NCBI GenBank assembly: GCA_020184695.1
Contig: JAANOX010000149.1
Location: 124,001 to 188,000 of the forward strand
DNA: 64,000 nt
Source: Histomonas meleagridis 2922-C6/04-290x
Taxonomy: Eukaryota > Protista > Parabasalia
Reading direction: 5' to 3'
Made by a program: the position numbers and the translations under genes. Below, in pieces: positions 21,872 to 32,366 of the stretch. The notes beneath the pieces were generated by a model. That model worked only from the letters and a program-made list of their open reading frames with translations, searched no databases and was not told the origin of the DNA. The number at the start of each line of letters is the position of its first letter. Position 1 is the first letter of the stretch.

Positions 21872-24087
21872 ATGTATTTGAGACAGCACTTATAACTGCA
21901 TCTAAATGTGGCAACTTAGAAATCGTTAAATTACTTCTTGAACAAGAAGGAATTGATATTAATGTAAAGGATAATTATATTTGTTTTAATAATTTGAAAT
22001 TTCAAAATAATATTTGGAAATTATTTCAATTATTTCAAACAGCACTTATTGGAGCATCTGAAAATGGTAATACAGAAATTGTTAAATTACTTCTTGAACA
22101 AGAAGGAATTGATATTAATGCTAAAGATATAAATCTTTTTTATTTGGAATTTATTTTAATAATTTTATATTTTAAAATAGTATATAAAAATTATTTAAAT
22201 TATTTTGGACTGCACTTATGTATGCAATTTATAATCGTCATAGTGAAATAGTAATATTACTTCTTGAGCAAAAAGGAATTGATTTAAATAAAGGATTTGA
22301 TATTTTTAAACAAATTTTAGAAATATAACAAAATATTTCAATCTCTTATTCTTGCATCTACATGGGGTGAAACTGACGTAGCGGAATTACTTCTTAAAAA
22401 AGGCGGATTTGATATTAATATTTGTTTTATTTGATGTTTATTTTAAGAATTTTGGAATTCAAAAAAATATTTGGAAATTATTTAAATTATTATGGACACC
22501 ACTTATGTATGCAACTGTAAATAGACATACAGAAATCGTTAAATTACTTCTTGAATACGAAGGAATTGATATTAATGCTAAAGATAGTTTTTGTTTTAAT
22601 AATTTTGGATTTCAAAATAATATTTGGAAATTATTTAAAATATTTAAAACAGCACTTATTAAAGCATCTGTAAAAGGTCATATAGAAATTGTTAATTTAC
22701 TTCTTGAACAAAAAGGAATTGATATTAATGCTAAAGATAATATTTATTTTAATAATTTAATATTTCAAAATAATATTTGGAAATTATTTAAATCATTTGA
22801 AACAGCACTTATATTAGCATCTTCAGAAGGTCAAACAGAAATCGTTAAATTACTTCTTGAACAAGAAGGAATTGATATTAATGTTAAATCTATTCATTAA
22901 TTTTATTTAATATTTGTCATAATAATTTTGTAATTCAATATAATATTTGGAAATTATATTAAATGTTTAAAACGGCATTTATGTTCGAAATAGAAAAAGG
23001 GATTATAGAAATAGTTAAATTCCTTATCGAACAAGATATTGATATCACTGATAAAACTATTTAATGATTTTATTTAAAATTTATTTCGATAATTTAATAT
23101 ATATTAATAACAATTGGAATTTGTTGAATATATATGAAACTGCACTTATTTTAGCAACTGTTAATGGTCAAAACGAAATATTTAAATTACTTTTAAACCA
23201 AAAAAGAATCGATATTAATGCTAAAGATATTAACATATTTTATTTTGTATTTGTTTTATTAGTTTTATGTTTCATAATAATATTTGGAAATTCTTCAAAA
23301 GATTTAATACAGCACTTATTTATGCATCTATTTTAGGCGATACTGAAATCGTTAAATTACTTCTTGAACAAGAAGAAATTAATATTAATGCCAAAAATAT
23401 TGAATCTTTAATATTAATTTTTGTTTTTATTTTTTGATATTCGAAAATATTTATTAAAATTTTCATAAATTATTTCAAACAGCTCTTATTTGGGCATCTG
23501 AAGAAGGTCATTTAGATATCGTAAAATTATTTCTTGCGCAAAAAGGAATTAATGTTAATGTAAAAGACATATATTCATTTTATTATATATTTATTTAAAT
23601 ATTCCATAATTTTAACGAAAATATTGGAAATTATTTGAATTATTTTGGACAGCACTGATGTATGCAGCTTCAAATGGTTATGTGGAGATAGTTAAGTTAC
23701 TTCTTGAGCAAAAAGATATTGACATTAATGTCCAAAACATTAATTTATTAAATTTGTAGTTTATCTCAATGATTTTGGATTTTAAAACAATAATTGGAAA
23801 TTATTCAAATTATTTTGGTCCGCGTTAATGTATGCTGTTTCAAATTGTTACATAAAAATAGTAGAATTACTTCTTGAACAAAAAGGAATTGATATGAATG
23901 CGAAAAATAATTATTTGTTATATTTGATATTTATTTAATTAATATAATACTTTACAATAATATTTGGAAATTATTAGAATAACATAAAACAGCATTCACA
24001 TATGCGTTTGAAAATGGTTACACAGAAATAGTTAAATTGCTTCTTGAAAAAGAAAGAATTGATATCAATGCTAAAGATAATCAATAA
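21803..24087 (+). repeat. Array of 14 ankyrin modules (about 90 nt each) separated by AT-rich spacers; dominant period 170 bp
   Basis: TALxxAxxxGxxEIVKLLLEQxGIDINAKD modules start at 21883, 22039, 22209, ~22341, 22496, 22649, 22802, 22972, 23139, 23309, 23479, 23649, 23819 and 23989; final stop TAA at 24085-24087. Confidence 0.92.
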
Positions 24088-24399
24088 ATAGAGATTGTAC
24101 TTTATTTAATAGACTTTTTCGTGAGTAGGTAGTGATTTTGTAAATGATATGGTCTGTTCGGAAATTCCTTCTCGACGTTTGGAAAATAATCATTTCACAA
24201 GAAACCAGTAATTTAAATAAAGTTAAAACCGTTTCATTGCTTTTTCTTTTTTAAATTTCTCGGAGAATTAATTTGTTTTCGGAAATATTGATACAAAAAA
24301 TTAACTAAAGGAAAACAAAGGCTTTCGGAAAAAATTATTTTATATATATTTTATCTTTCGCATGAATATCAATTTTTGTTCTAGAAGCAATTTAGCTAT

Positions 24400-24780
24400 G
24401 TCAAAATAATATTCGGGTTGAATTATATAAAGCATTACCTATGAATTCATCCTCATGTTGTCACACAGACACATTTAAATAACTTCTTGAATCAGAAAAA
24501 ATTGATGTTAATTAGAAGATAACATTTCAATATTTTATTTAATATTTTATAACAATATTTGAATTAAATTAATCTGCAGATTTTACCTTTTTCTCTTATG
24601 TAAAACAAACCTCAACTTCCAATAGTAAATAGTTAAATTCGCCTTTAACAACAAATCATCAAACATCATTTCACATCACATGTCCGATCCATTTTTCATC
24701 ATTTTATAAAACAATTTCTTCGGAAGTCACACAGAAAAAATCAAAGAATTGATGTTAATGTTAGTGATGTTATTTGGAGA
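24400..24780 (+). pseudogene. Decayed ankyrin-module remnants downstream of the array
   Basis: CTTCTTGAATCAGAAAAAATTGATGTTAAT (~24483) and GAATTGATGTTAATG (~24746) resemble module ends, with spacer-like AT-rich DNA; stops present. Confidence 0.45.
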
Positions 24781-24791
24781 TCATTTAAAGT

Positions 24792-26009
24792 TTAGTGACT
24801 ACGAGCAGCGTGAACAGCCTTTTCGCCAGCCTCTGTAAGGTTGCTAGCGGGGATGATTGGGAGGCCTGATTCCCTAAGCAACTTCTTGCCAAGTTCAACG
24901 TTTGTGCCTTCGAGTCTCACAACGAGTGGAATCTTGAGTCCGACCTTCTTCACAGCAGCGATGACGCCCTTCGCGATCATGTCGCACTTAACAATGCCAC
25001 CGAAGATGTTGACGAGAATTGCCTTCACCTTTGGGTTCGAGCTGATGATAAGGAATCCTTCAGTGACCGCCTTTTCGGAAGCAGCGCCACCGAGGTCGAG
25101 GAAGTTGGCTGGATCGCCTCCGGATAGTTTGATGACGTCCATTGTAGCCATTGCGAGACCAGCGCCATTAACAAGACATGCGATATCACCATCAAGTTGG
25201 ACATAGTTGAGGCCATACTTCTCCGCACGGAGTTCCATTGGGTTAACTTGTTTAAGGTCGCGATAGCTGAAGATTTCCTTTTGACGATAATGGGCGGAAT
25301 CATCAAAGTTGAATTTGGAGTCAACTGTGATGATACGGCCGTCAACTGTTTCGGCAAGTGGGTTAACTTCGACTTGTGTGGCATCTGAACCGACAAATAA
25401 TTTCCAAAGTTTTTGCATTTCTTCAACACCACTTTGATATGCAGCACCTTGGAGGCCGAGCTTCTTTGCAAGGCGCTTAGCAACGTCTTCTGTGATGCCA
25501 TCAACACCATCAAGAACTTCCTTGAAGATTGCATTTGGTTGTTTCTTGGCAACTTCTTCGATTTCAACACCACCTTGTGTTGAGGCGATGACAACTGGGG
25601 CTTGTGAAGCACGGTCAAGAAGGATTGCGAAATATAATTCACGCTTGATTTCAACTGGGTCAGAAAGCATGACACACTTACAGAGAGCACCTTCTTTTGT
25701 TGTTTGCTTTGTGCGAAGATGTCTGCCGATCATTTTGGAGGCAACTTGTTTAGCTTCTTCGGCTGATTTGACGAAATGAACACCTGACTTGAAGCCATCT
25801 TCAACCCATGTGCCTTTGCCACGACCACCAGCATAAACTTGAGCCTTTACGACAACTGCTGGAAGACCAATCTTCTTGAATGCTTCTGCGGCTTCATCTG
25901 GTGTGAAGGCAACTTGGTTAATACCGGCAGAGACATCGAACTTCTTGCAGATTTCCTTGGATTGGTATTCGAGGATATTGAACTTGCGTGAGAAGCTTGT
26001 TGAAAGCAT
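24792..26009 (-). CDS. Hydrogenosomal succinyl-CoA synthetase beta subunit
   Basis: Presequence MLSTSFSRK then FNILEYQSK; VVKAQVYAGGRGKG, LVNGAGLAMATMD, PANFLDLGG, VNIFGGIVKCD, VVRLEGTN; strongly biased codons. Confidence 0.97.
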   Translation of the reverse strand: MLSTSFSRKFNILEYQSKEICKKFDVSAGINQVAFTPDEAAEAFKKIGLPAVVVKAQVYAGGRGKGTWVEDGFKSGVHFVKSAEEAKQVASKMIGRHLRTKQTTKEGALCKCVMLSDPVEIKRELYFAILLDRASQAPVVIASTQGGVEIEEVAKKQPNAIFKEVLDGVDGITEDVAKRLAKKLGLQGAAYQSGVEEMQKLWKLFVGSDATQVEVNPLAETVDGRIITVDSKFNFDDSAHYRQKEIFSYRDLKQVNPMELRAEKYGLNYVQLDGDIACLVNGAGLAMATMDVIKLSGGDPANFLDLGGAASEKAVTEGFLIISSNPKVKAILVNIFGGIVKCDMIAKGVIAAVKKVGLKIPLVVRLEGTNVELGKKLLRESGLPIIPASNLTEAGEKAVHAARSH

Positions 26010-26013
26010 CTAA

Positions 26014-26019
26014 AAGTGA
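26014..26019 (-). promoter_or_regulatory. Initiator (Inr) element TCACTT upstream of SCS-beta
   Basis: TCACTT on the minus strand 4 nt before the ATG at 26009. Confidence 0.65.
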
Positions 26020-26250
26020 AGTGATCACCTCTCTTTCAAAATTGATTAAAACCGCTACAATAGTTCTTTTGGGGCACCTCAACTATCGTTTTGCAATGTT
26101 CGAGCTCCAAAAACATGTGTCGAAGTAAAAGTTTTGGAATATCAAATCAAGAATCGTTTTACAGAAGTGGAGGAATCAACATTCAAAAAAAATCGTTAAT
26201 CATTATTCATTAAAAAATTGATTGGCCTTCAGAAATTTATTATTCAGATC

Positions 26251-26685
26251 TTAGCTCCTTGGCTTTTCCTTCTTTCCGAGCCAAAGGGCAAGAAGTGAGA
26301 AACCGGCAACTTTGATAACTTGGAAACGAACTCCTGGAAGATCACCAACTGAACGATTGGAACGACCAAGACCAGCAACAAGAACACGGTCGTTATCATC
26401 GATTAAACGAAGGGAACCATCACGTGGTACAAATGCTGTGATGACTTTGCTATTCTTCTTAAGCTGAACACGAACTGCTTTACGGATAGCTGAGTTTGGT
26501 TGCTTAGCTTCAACAGCTACCTTTTGTGTAACGATACCTGAAGCCATAGCAACACCTTCTAATGGTGTCTTATAGATTGTTGTGCTTTGCCTCTTCCTAT
26601 ATTTCTTGCTTGCCCAGAGATTGTTTCTGTGTGCGACACGGAGCTTGCGAGCTGCCTGACGACCGCATGCCTTGGATTTTCCCAT
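26251..26685 (-). CDS. RPS23: 40S ribosomal protein S23 (uS12)
   Basis: [47 protein letters not shown]. Confidence 0.97.
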   Translation of the reverse strand: MGKSKACGRQAARKLRVAHRNNLWASKKYRKRQSTTIYKTPLEGVAMASGIVTQKVAVEAKQPNSAIRKAVRVQLKKNSKVITAFVPRDGSLRLIDDNDRVLVAGLGRSNRSVGDLPGVRFQVIKVAGFSLLALWLGKKEKPRS

Positions 26686-27415
26686 TTACAAAAGGCCGGC
26701 CAAACCGCTAAGCGTCGGTTAGGAATGCGAACGTTAAATAAAAACCGAAAAATTTTGTCATTTGACAAAAAAATGATTCTCTTTTTGCTTTTTTTAACGA
26801 AAATTGGAAGCATCAAACCCGGTCGACTTATAAGCGTAGTTGCAGAAGATGATAAAAATAGACAATTCCAAAAATTACACAAAAAATCCCATGGTTTCTT
26901 AAGAAATGGTGTTGTATACAACACAAAATCACCCATGCCCAAAACTACCATGATTTATCCCAATATTAGTTTCATAACCAAATGGTGTTTTGCCTATTTA
27001 AGAAATACTGAAAAGCCCACGTTGAATCGTATAGGTAATAACCACGATGAAGAAATATCTGCCATTTCCTCAGATAGAGGATCGAAGAAAGATGGTGACT
27101 TTTCAAAATTCAGGGTATTTTATGCATAAAATTCACGAATTAATATATCACATGTTTTTTTCAAAATGATACATCATCATAAAAATTTTGTCTATCACTT
27201 GTGGTTAAAAAGAAGATGTTTATTTCCTATTTATAAAATGCATTTTCACAAAAAGGTTCTTAAAGGGTATTTTGTTTATCCAAAAAAATTCTAATTTTAG
27301 TCGATTTCACATTATTTGATATCAAATTCTCGACATTACTAAAATTTTCTGGAAAAATCTGAGCTTGTCAGAAGCCAAAATATTATGAAATATTTACAAT
27401 TTTTAACAATAAAAA

Positions 27416-30400
27416 TTATTTTTGGATTTCCTTCAATTGCAATTTAGGCTCTTTTTTTGGCCTAAATTCTTTTTCGCTTATCTCTCTTACACCTAATACC
27501 CGTGTGCCATTCACATTATGTACTTTTGGTTTCCATTGCTCATTTCTTTTTGGATCTTCTTTTGGCAATTTTCTCTTTTCGACTTCTTTTACCTCCACCC
27601 GTTTCTTCTTAACTTCTCTTTCACTTTCTGGCGCTCTTTGAATTGGCGTTGCTTTCATTGAAGGTCTTACGAACTTTGGTGGTGGTGGAAGCTTACTTGG
27701 ATCTTTTTGTGATTTAGCCTCATCTAATAACTTCTCCACTCTAACATGTAATTGTTCATCTGTTGGGAAAGGATCAACGCATCTTATTTCTCGCCGTCTT
27801 GGTTCAGTCAAATGTAATGATGAAAGTTCTGAAGAATCACTTGAAATATCAATACTTTGTTCTGCCTTTCTACTTCTCGAAGTTATAATGACTGTTGGTC
27901 TTACGTTCTTTGATTCTGGAGAAACTTTCGCTTGAGTTGGCACATCAACAGTTTTTGTACGTTGCTCTGTGGGGTGCCCCGTGGGGTACCCTGCGAAATC
28001 CCAAGGGAAGTTATTCTGGGTTTGACGTTGTTGTGTAAACTGTGGAAATTGAGAGTATTGCGGTGGGGGTGGTACATATTGCCGATAATGGGGTGGCCCT
28101 TTATCAATCGTGATTAGTCTTAACGGTGTTTGCTTCGGTTCAGGTATTTGTTTATGTTTAATTTTCTTAAGTTTTGGCTTTTGTTTAATTTTCTTTTGTT
28201 TTTGTTTAACTTTTGGCTTTTTAATTCGTATTGGTTCCGGTTCAGGTTCAGGCTCAGGTATATATTCTCCAGAATCAGATTTTTCTTCTTCTTCAATTAA
28301 AGGTAAAGAAACATTTTCTTTGACTTCTTCTTCATGAATTTCTTCTTCTTCTTCGATTCCATCACTAATGTGCACATCGACAGTTGTTTTTAATTCCATT
28401 TTTGGATTTATATCATTTGGCAAATTGAAATCTTCGAAATCGATTAATTCGTTTGGTACAACTTCATCACATTTGAACCCTAAATACGCTCTAATTAATC
28501 CGCATCTGAGCCACGGCACCATATTTGATACAATTGTTGCCAATAATATATTCGAATTCGGAAATTCTTTTTCAATGTTATTACTAATTAAGTTTAATGA
28601 TTCTGTTTCTATTTTAGTTAAAGTTCGTTTTGTGATTTTCGTTGAACATTCGGAGATAAAATCATTAAACAATGGATCATTTTGGAATTTCTTTGAACCA
28701 TTTACATATAAATTATAAACATCTGATGAAAAGTTTGATTCTCCAGTCATTTTAATTTGATGAACTGCATTTTTAATATTAATAAACTCCGGAAATGATA
28801 ATAATCGTAATGTAGCATCATTTGATTTACCTGTTTTAATAGTATTATATATAGCAATGTATCGCCACCGAATAAACCATACAATTCGGAAAAGTTCAAT
28901 GATTTGATTCCGAATTTGTTTTGGAATTTGATTAATTTTATTTGTCATTACGAATCTACAATATTCATATGTAGATATAACAAAGCCAATACCTAAGATA
29001 ATGACAAAATCATTAAATTCTTTTAATGATTTCGGTGGTATTAATTCTAATGTTTCTTCAATGTTTATTAATGTTGAAAGTAATTTCATTTTTGGATTTT
29101 TCGTTGTAGGAATTGAATCAATGATTCGTTGTTTTAATATATTAATTATCGCTTGTAAACAAACCGATCGAATTTCATCAGATTCTTCTGGTGAATAATT
29201 AATGAATTTATACATTGCCATTAAAATTAATTTTAAGTTTTCCGAATGTTCCGATATAATTCGAGTATATAATTGTAATGGTGTTAAAGCTATTGATGAA
29301 TGTTTTAATAATTCTAATGTTAAATCAAATTTCCCATATAACATTAATAACTCTATGATTAATGTTATATCTATATTTATATCATATATTATTGGATCGA
29401 TTTTATTTTTATATAAAATTTTTTTGATTGCTTTCGTTAACATAAAGATATCAATGTTCTTTCCATGATGTGGTTTCTTTAATTCAAGTTGTTCTTCAAT
29501 ATCTTCTTCAGTAGGATTATACATAAATATATTTTTGGTGTTGTTTGTAGTTTTCGTTGGTATATAATCTTTCTTCATTAATTCATCAGTAAATATTTTA
29601 TATAGAATTTGATCTCTTGGATTAGTCGAGATCGAAAGTCGTTTTTGTATGACTTCATATGATGTTACATTTATATCTGTAAGACGTAAGATACATCGAC
29701 AAAATAAAAATGCTAATAAATCTTCATGTGAATTTAATAATTCACTGACAGCTGTATTAAAAACTTCAAATAAATATGATCGTAATGGTGATTGATATGG
29801 AAATATTCGAAATAAATCAGTAATGTATATTAATTTGGCTAATTTAATCGGTGGTAAATACCCATTTTCAGTAATAGAATTTAATGTTTCTGTCCACATT
29901 GGTTCGACTGAACCTTGTGGAAAATGTAATGACATTAAATTTTCAATCGTTTGTGGAACTTTTTCAACATCAATTTTAAGTTCCCGAAATTTATCTTTAG
30001 AATATATTATAAATAATCCAGGATCTACTGAATCAGCACAGACCATTATTATGTTTTCTTTCCCTGGTTGAAATGCTGTTAATGAACATAACGCATGACG
30101 CATGGAAATACCAGATCTTGTAACAGCACTAATTCTCCCATCGAGTGAAGTCACAACAAAAAAGTGCCCGCTACATGACCATGCAATACTTGAAACGATT
30201 GGTGAATTTCCTGGGAAAATTTCTTTTAATGGAATTTTTGAGACAACTCTTAAGAATCTTGTGACTATTAATAATGTTTGTGAAACTGCAATTACTGCTA
30301 ATCGACAATCTCTAGACCACCAAATACATGGTGATCCTGACCCTTCAATTACTGATAATTTTGTATCAGCTCGTTGAAAATTTTGTGCAGTACCATTAAG

Positions 30401-31231
30401 TGTACAAATAGAAACAAATAAGTATAATGTATCAAAGGGTTTACATGGTGGAAGTAATGCAGTCAAACAAACAACTCCACAGCCTTCATCAGGATTATCA
30501 AATAAACATAAATCTTGATATGATATTGCTGAGTTTTGCGGTAAATTTGGTGATAAAACTGGATGGAGAGTAAACGTTTGACGTGGCTTCATAAATCCAT
30601 GTGACGTTTGACCAACTTGTGTTATTGGATGATTTGATTCAATGTTGGTCCCAAATCGTTTGTTGTCAGTAAGATCAATCCAATAACCTACGCCTTTAAC
30701 TTCTTCTGGATATTGTTGCCAAACCCAAAATTGATTATCGATTGATAAAGCAATGCAATTACCACCTTCACTAACTGCTATGCCTTTAATACGACTTGGT
30801 AGGTCGGATGAACGTCGATTATCAAAGCCAAAAACATATGGTAGATCACCAACTTGATTATGATTTATGGAAAAATTTAATGATTCACCTGTAGGAATAA
30901 CACAATTCGTCATGGAACTAGATGAATCTTTACCAGCATTAATTTTAAGTGGAAGAGGAAATGTAATAACAAGTGAATTTTTCTGATTTTGATGAACAGC
31001 TAAAAGATTGGTCATTTTTGGTATGTGAATGGATGTCCCTCCATTAATAGATGGAATTACACGAGATATTTTGTGATTTAAAAAATTGGTTGACTTCATA
31101 TTTGACCATTGATTATTTGAATATATTAAAACTTTTCCTGGTTTGACAAATGATTTTTCTCCATTGCAACTGGTTAGATAGAAATCTGATTTTGTCCTTG
31201 GAAGTGACAATTGCTTTGGAGAAAGCCACAT
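27416..31231 (-). CDS. Large hypothetical protein: beta-propeller-like N-terminus, helical middle, low-complexity charged tail
   Basis: 1273-aa ORF, first ATG at 31231; WD-like strands (CIWWSRDCRLAVIAV, SSIAWSCSGHFFVVTSLDG). Confidence 0.8.
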   Translation of the reverse strand: MWLSPKQLSLPRTKSDFYLTSCNGEKSFVKPGKVLIYSNNQWSNMKSTNFLNHKISRVIPSINGGTSIHIPKMTNLLAVHQNQKNSLVITFPLPLKINAGKDSSSSMTNCVIPTGESLNFSINHNQVGDLPYVFGFDNRRSSDLPSRIKGIAVSEGGNCIALSIDNQFWVWQQYPEEVKGVGYWIDLTDNKRFGTNIESNHPITQVGQTSHGFMKPRQTFTLHPVLSPNLPQNSAISYQDLCLFDNPDEGCGVVCLTALLPPCKPFDTLYLFVSICTLNGTAQNFQRADTKLSVIEGSGSPCIWWSRDCRLAVIAVSQTLLIVTRFLRVVSKIPLKEIFPGNSPIVSSIAWSCSGHFFVVTSLDGRISAVTRSGISMRHALCSLTAFQPGKENIIMVCADSVDPGLFIIYSKDKFRELKIDVEKVPQTIENLMSLHFPQGSVEPMWTETLNSITENGYLPPIKLAKLIYITDLFRIFPYQSPLRSYLFEVFNTAVSELLNSHEDLLAFLFCRCILRLTDINVTSYEVIQKRLSISTNPRDQILYKIFTDELMKKDYIPTKTTNNTKNIFMYNPTEEDIEEQLELKKPHHGKNIDIFMLTKAIKKILYKNKIDPIIYDINIDITLIIELLMLYGKFDLTLELLKHSSIALTPLQLYTRIISEHSENLKLILMAMYKFINYSPEESDEIRSVCLQAIINILKQRIIDSIPTTKNPKMKLLSTLINIEETLELIPPKSLKEFNDFVIILGIGFVISTYEYCRFVMTNKINQIPKQIRNQIIELFRIVWFIRWRYIAIYNTIKTGKSNDATLRLLSFPEFINIKNAVHQIKMTGESNFSSDVYNLYVNGSKKFQNDPLFNDFISECSTKITKRTLTKIETESLNLISNNIEKEFPNSNILLATIVSNMVPWLRCGLIRAYLGFKCDEVVPNELIDFEDFNLPNDINPKMELKTTVDVHISDGIEEEEEIHEEEVKENVSLPLIEEEEKSDSGEYIPEPEPEPEPIRIKKPKVKQKQKKIKQKPKLKKIKHKQIPEPKQTPLRLITIDKGPPHYRQYVPPPPQYSQFPQFTQQRQTQNNFPWDFAGYPTGHPTEQRTKTVDVPTQAKVSPESKNVRPTVIITSRSRKAEQSIDISSDSSELSSLHLTEPRRREIRCVDPFPTDEQLHVRVEKLLDEAKSQKDPSKLPPPPKFVRPSMKATPIQRAPESEREVKKKRVEVKEVEKRKLPKEDPKRNEQWKPKVHNVNGTRVLGVREISEKEFRPKKEPKLQLKEIQK

Positions 31232-31479
31232 CAACAAATCACAAAACGAATAATAAACGTTATCAAAAGGGGTGCCCTGAAATGCATATTCATGATTAAA
31301 ATGAGGGTAAATAATTTACGACTAAGTAATTAATTTATATCTTTAATGTTGACATTAAATAAGATACAGATATTGAAATTTTTATTACATCAGGTTTGTA
31401 ATAAATTGAAAAGAAATTATATGTTTTAATTATATAATTATACATTTAAAATTACAATTGCCATTTCTTTAATATTAAA

Positions 31480-31860
31480 AAGACATGAATGAATATGGAA
31501 TTTAAAATGTGGTGAATCCATTCCCAAAGAATGTTGATTATTTTATTGTAGTTACAAAATTAAAGTGCTGATATATTTTGTAAAAGTTCAATATTGAAAT
31601 ATTAGCAATTAAAATCATTTTAATTGGGAAATTTTTCTACATTGTCGACAATTGCATACAAGAATATACTTTATTTTGCTCACTATTTTACAGATAATAA
31701 GATATATTTTTTATGGAATAATACATTTATTCCTTTGGAAGATTATTTTTCCAAGAACATTTAAAAAACTTTGAAAGAATGATTGGGAACTTCATTAACA
31801 ATTAATTAAAAAAGGAGTTGATCATAATGAAATTTCATTATATTATTATTCTATTATCAT
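31480..31860 (+). pseudogene. Relic of an ankyrin/DUF3447-type N-terminal domain
   Basis: 31769-31816 matches 21119-21166 at 43 of 48 nt but contains a stop; boundaries approximate. Confidence 0.6.
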
Positions 31861-32366
31861 CCTTTGGCGTACAAATATAGACTTCTCAATGTTAAAGAAA
31901 ATGATGAATTTCAAATATTGCATATTTTTTAGATTCATTTGTGAATAAAAAATGTCGTCAATGTAACATTGATAATTTCTTTATTTTTGTTCTAAAATTT
32001 CAAATTTTTAAAAATTTTTATATTATTTATTATATTTCTTTTTGATTCTATCCAGATTTTATCATAATTTTACCAAAGTACAAAGCATCAACTATTTGAT
32101 TTTATAGTGAAAACATAAGCGCTGTACTTCACGTTTTTATCCTATCGGCAAGAGAATACTGGCAATTTTTCCCTTTGATTTCAATAACTATTTGGTCGTT
32201 CTGAGTTTCAATACAAACAAACTGAATTTTTCGCACAAATGTGTGGGCAAAAAATAATTGAAATAAACCTCCGTTTCTAATTCATTTTCTATACCAAAAG
32301 TTAAATTTTCATTTCTTATTGCTCACAACAATTTACGTTTTATTCAAACGGAAATTTTAAAGATTC

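Noticed and set aside
21803-21882. First ankyrin spacer as a canonical GT..AG intron
   Set aside because: It starts GT and ends AG, but has no ACTAAC-type 3' motif, and the homologous spacers do not share these ends; probably coincidental.
21994-23336. ORFs 21994-22251, 22409-22900 and 23064-23336 as separate genes
   Set aside because: They are fragments of the spacer-interrupted ankyrin array.
24841-25779. Long alternative-frame and antisense ORFs within SCS-beta
   Set aside because: Expected by-product of biased, GC-richer codon usage.
26559-27129. ORFs 26587-27129 (+) and 26559-26951 (-)
   Set aside because: They overlap RPS23 and its promoter, with no protein-like motifs; shadow ORFs.
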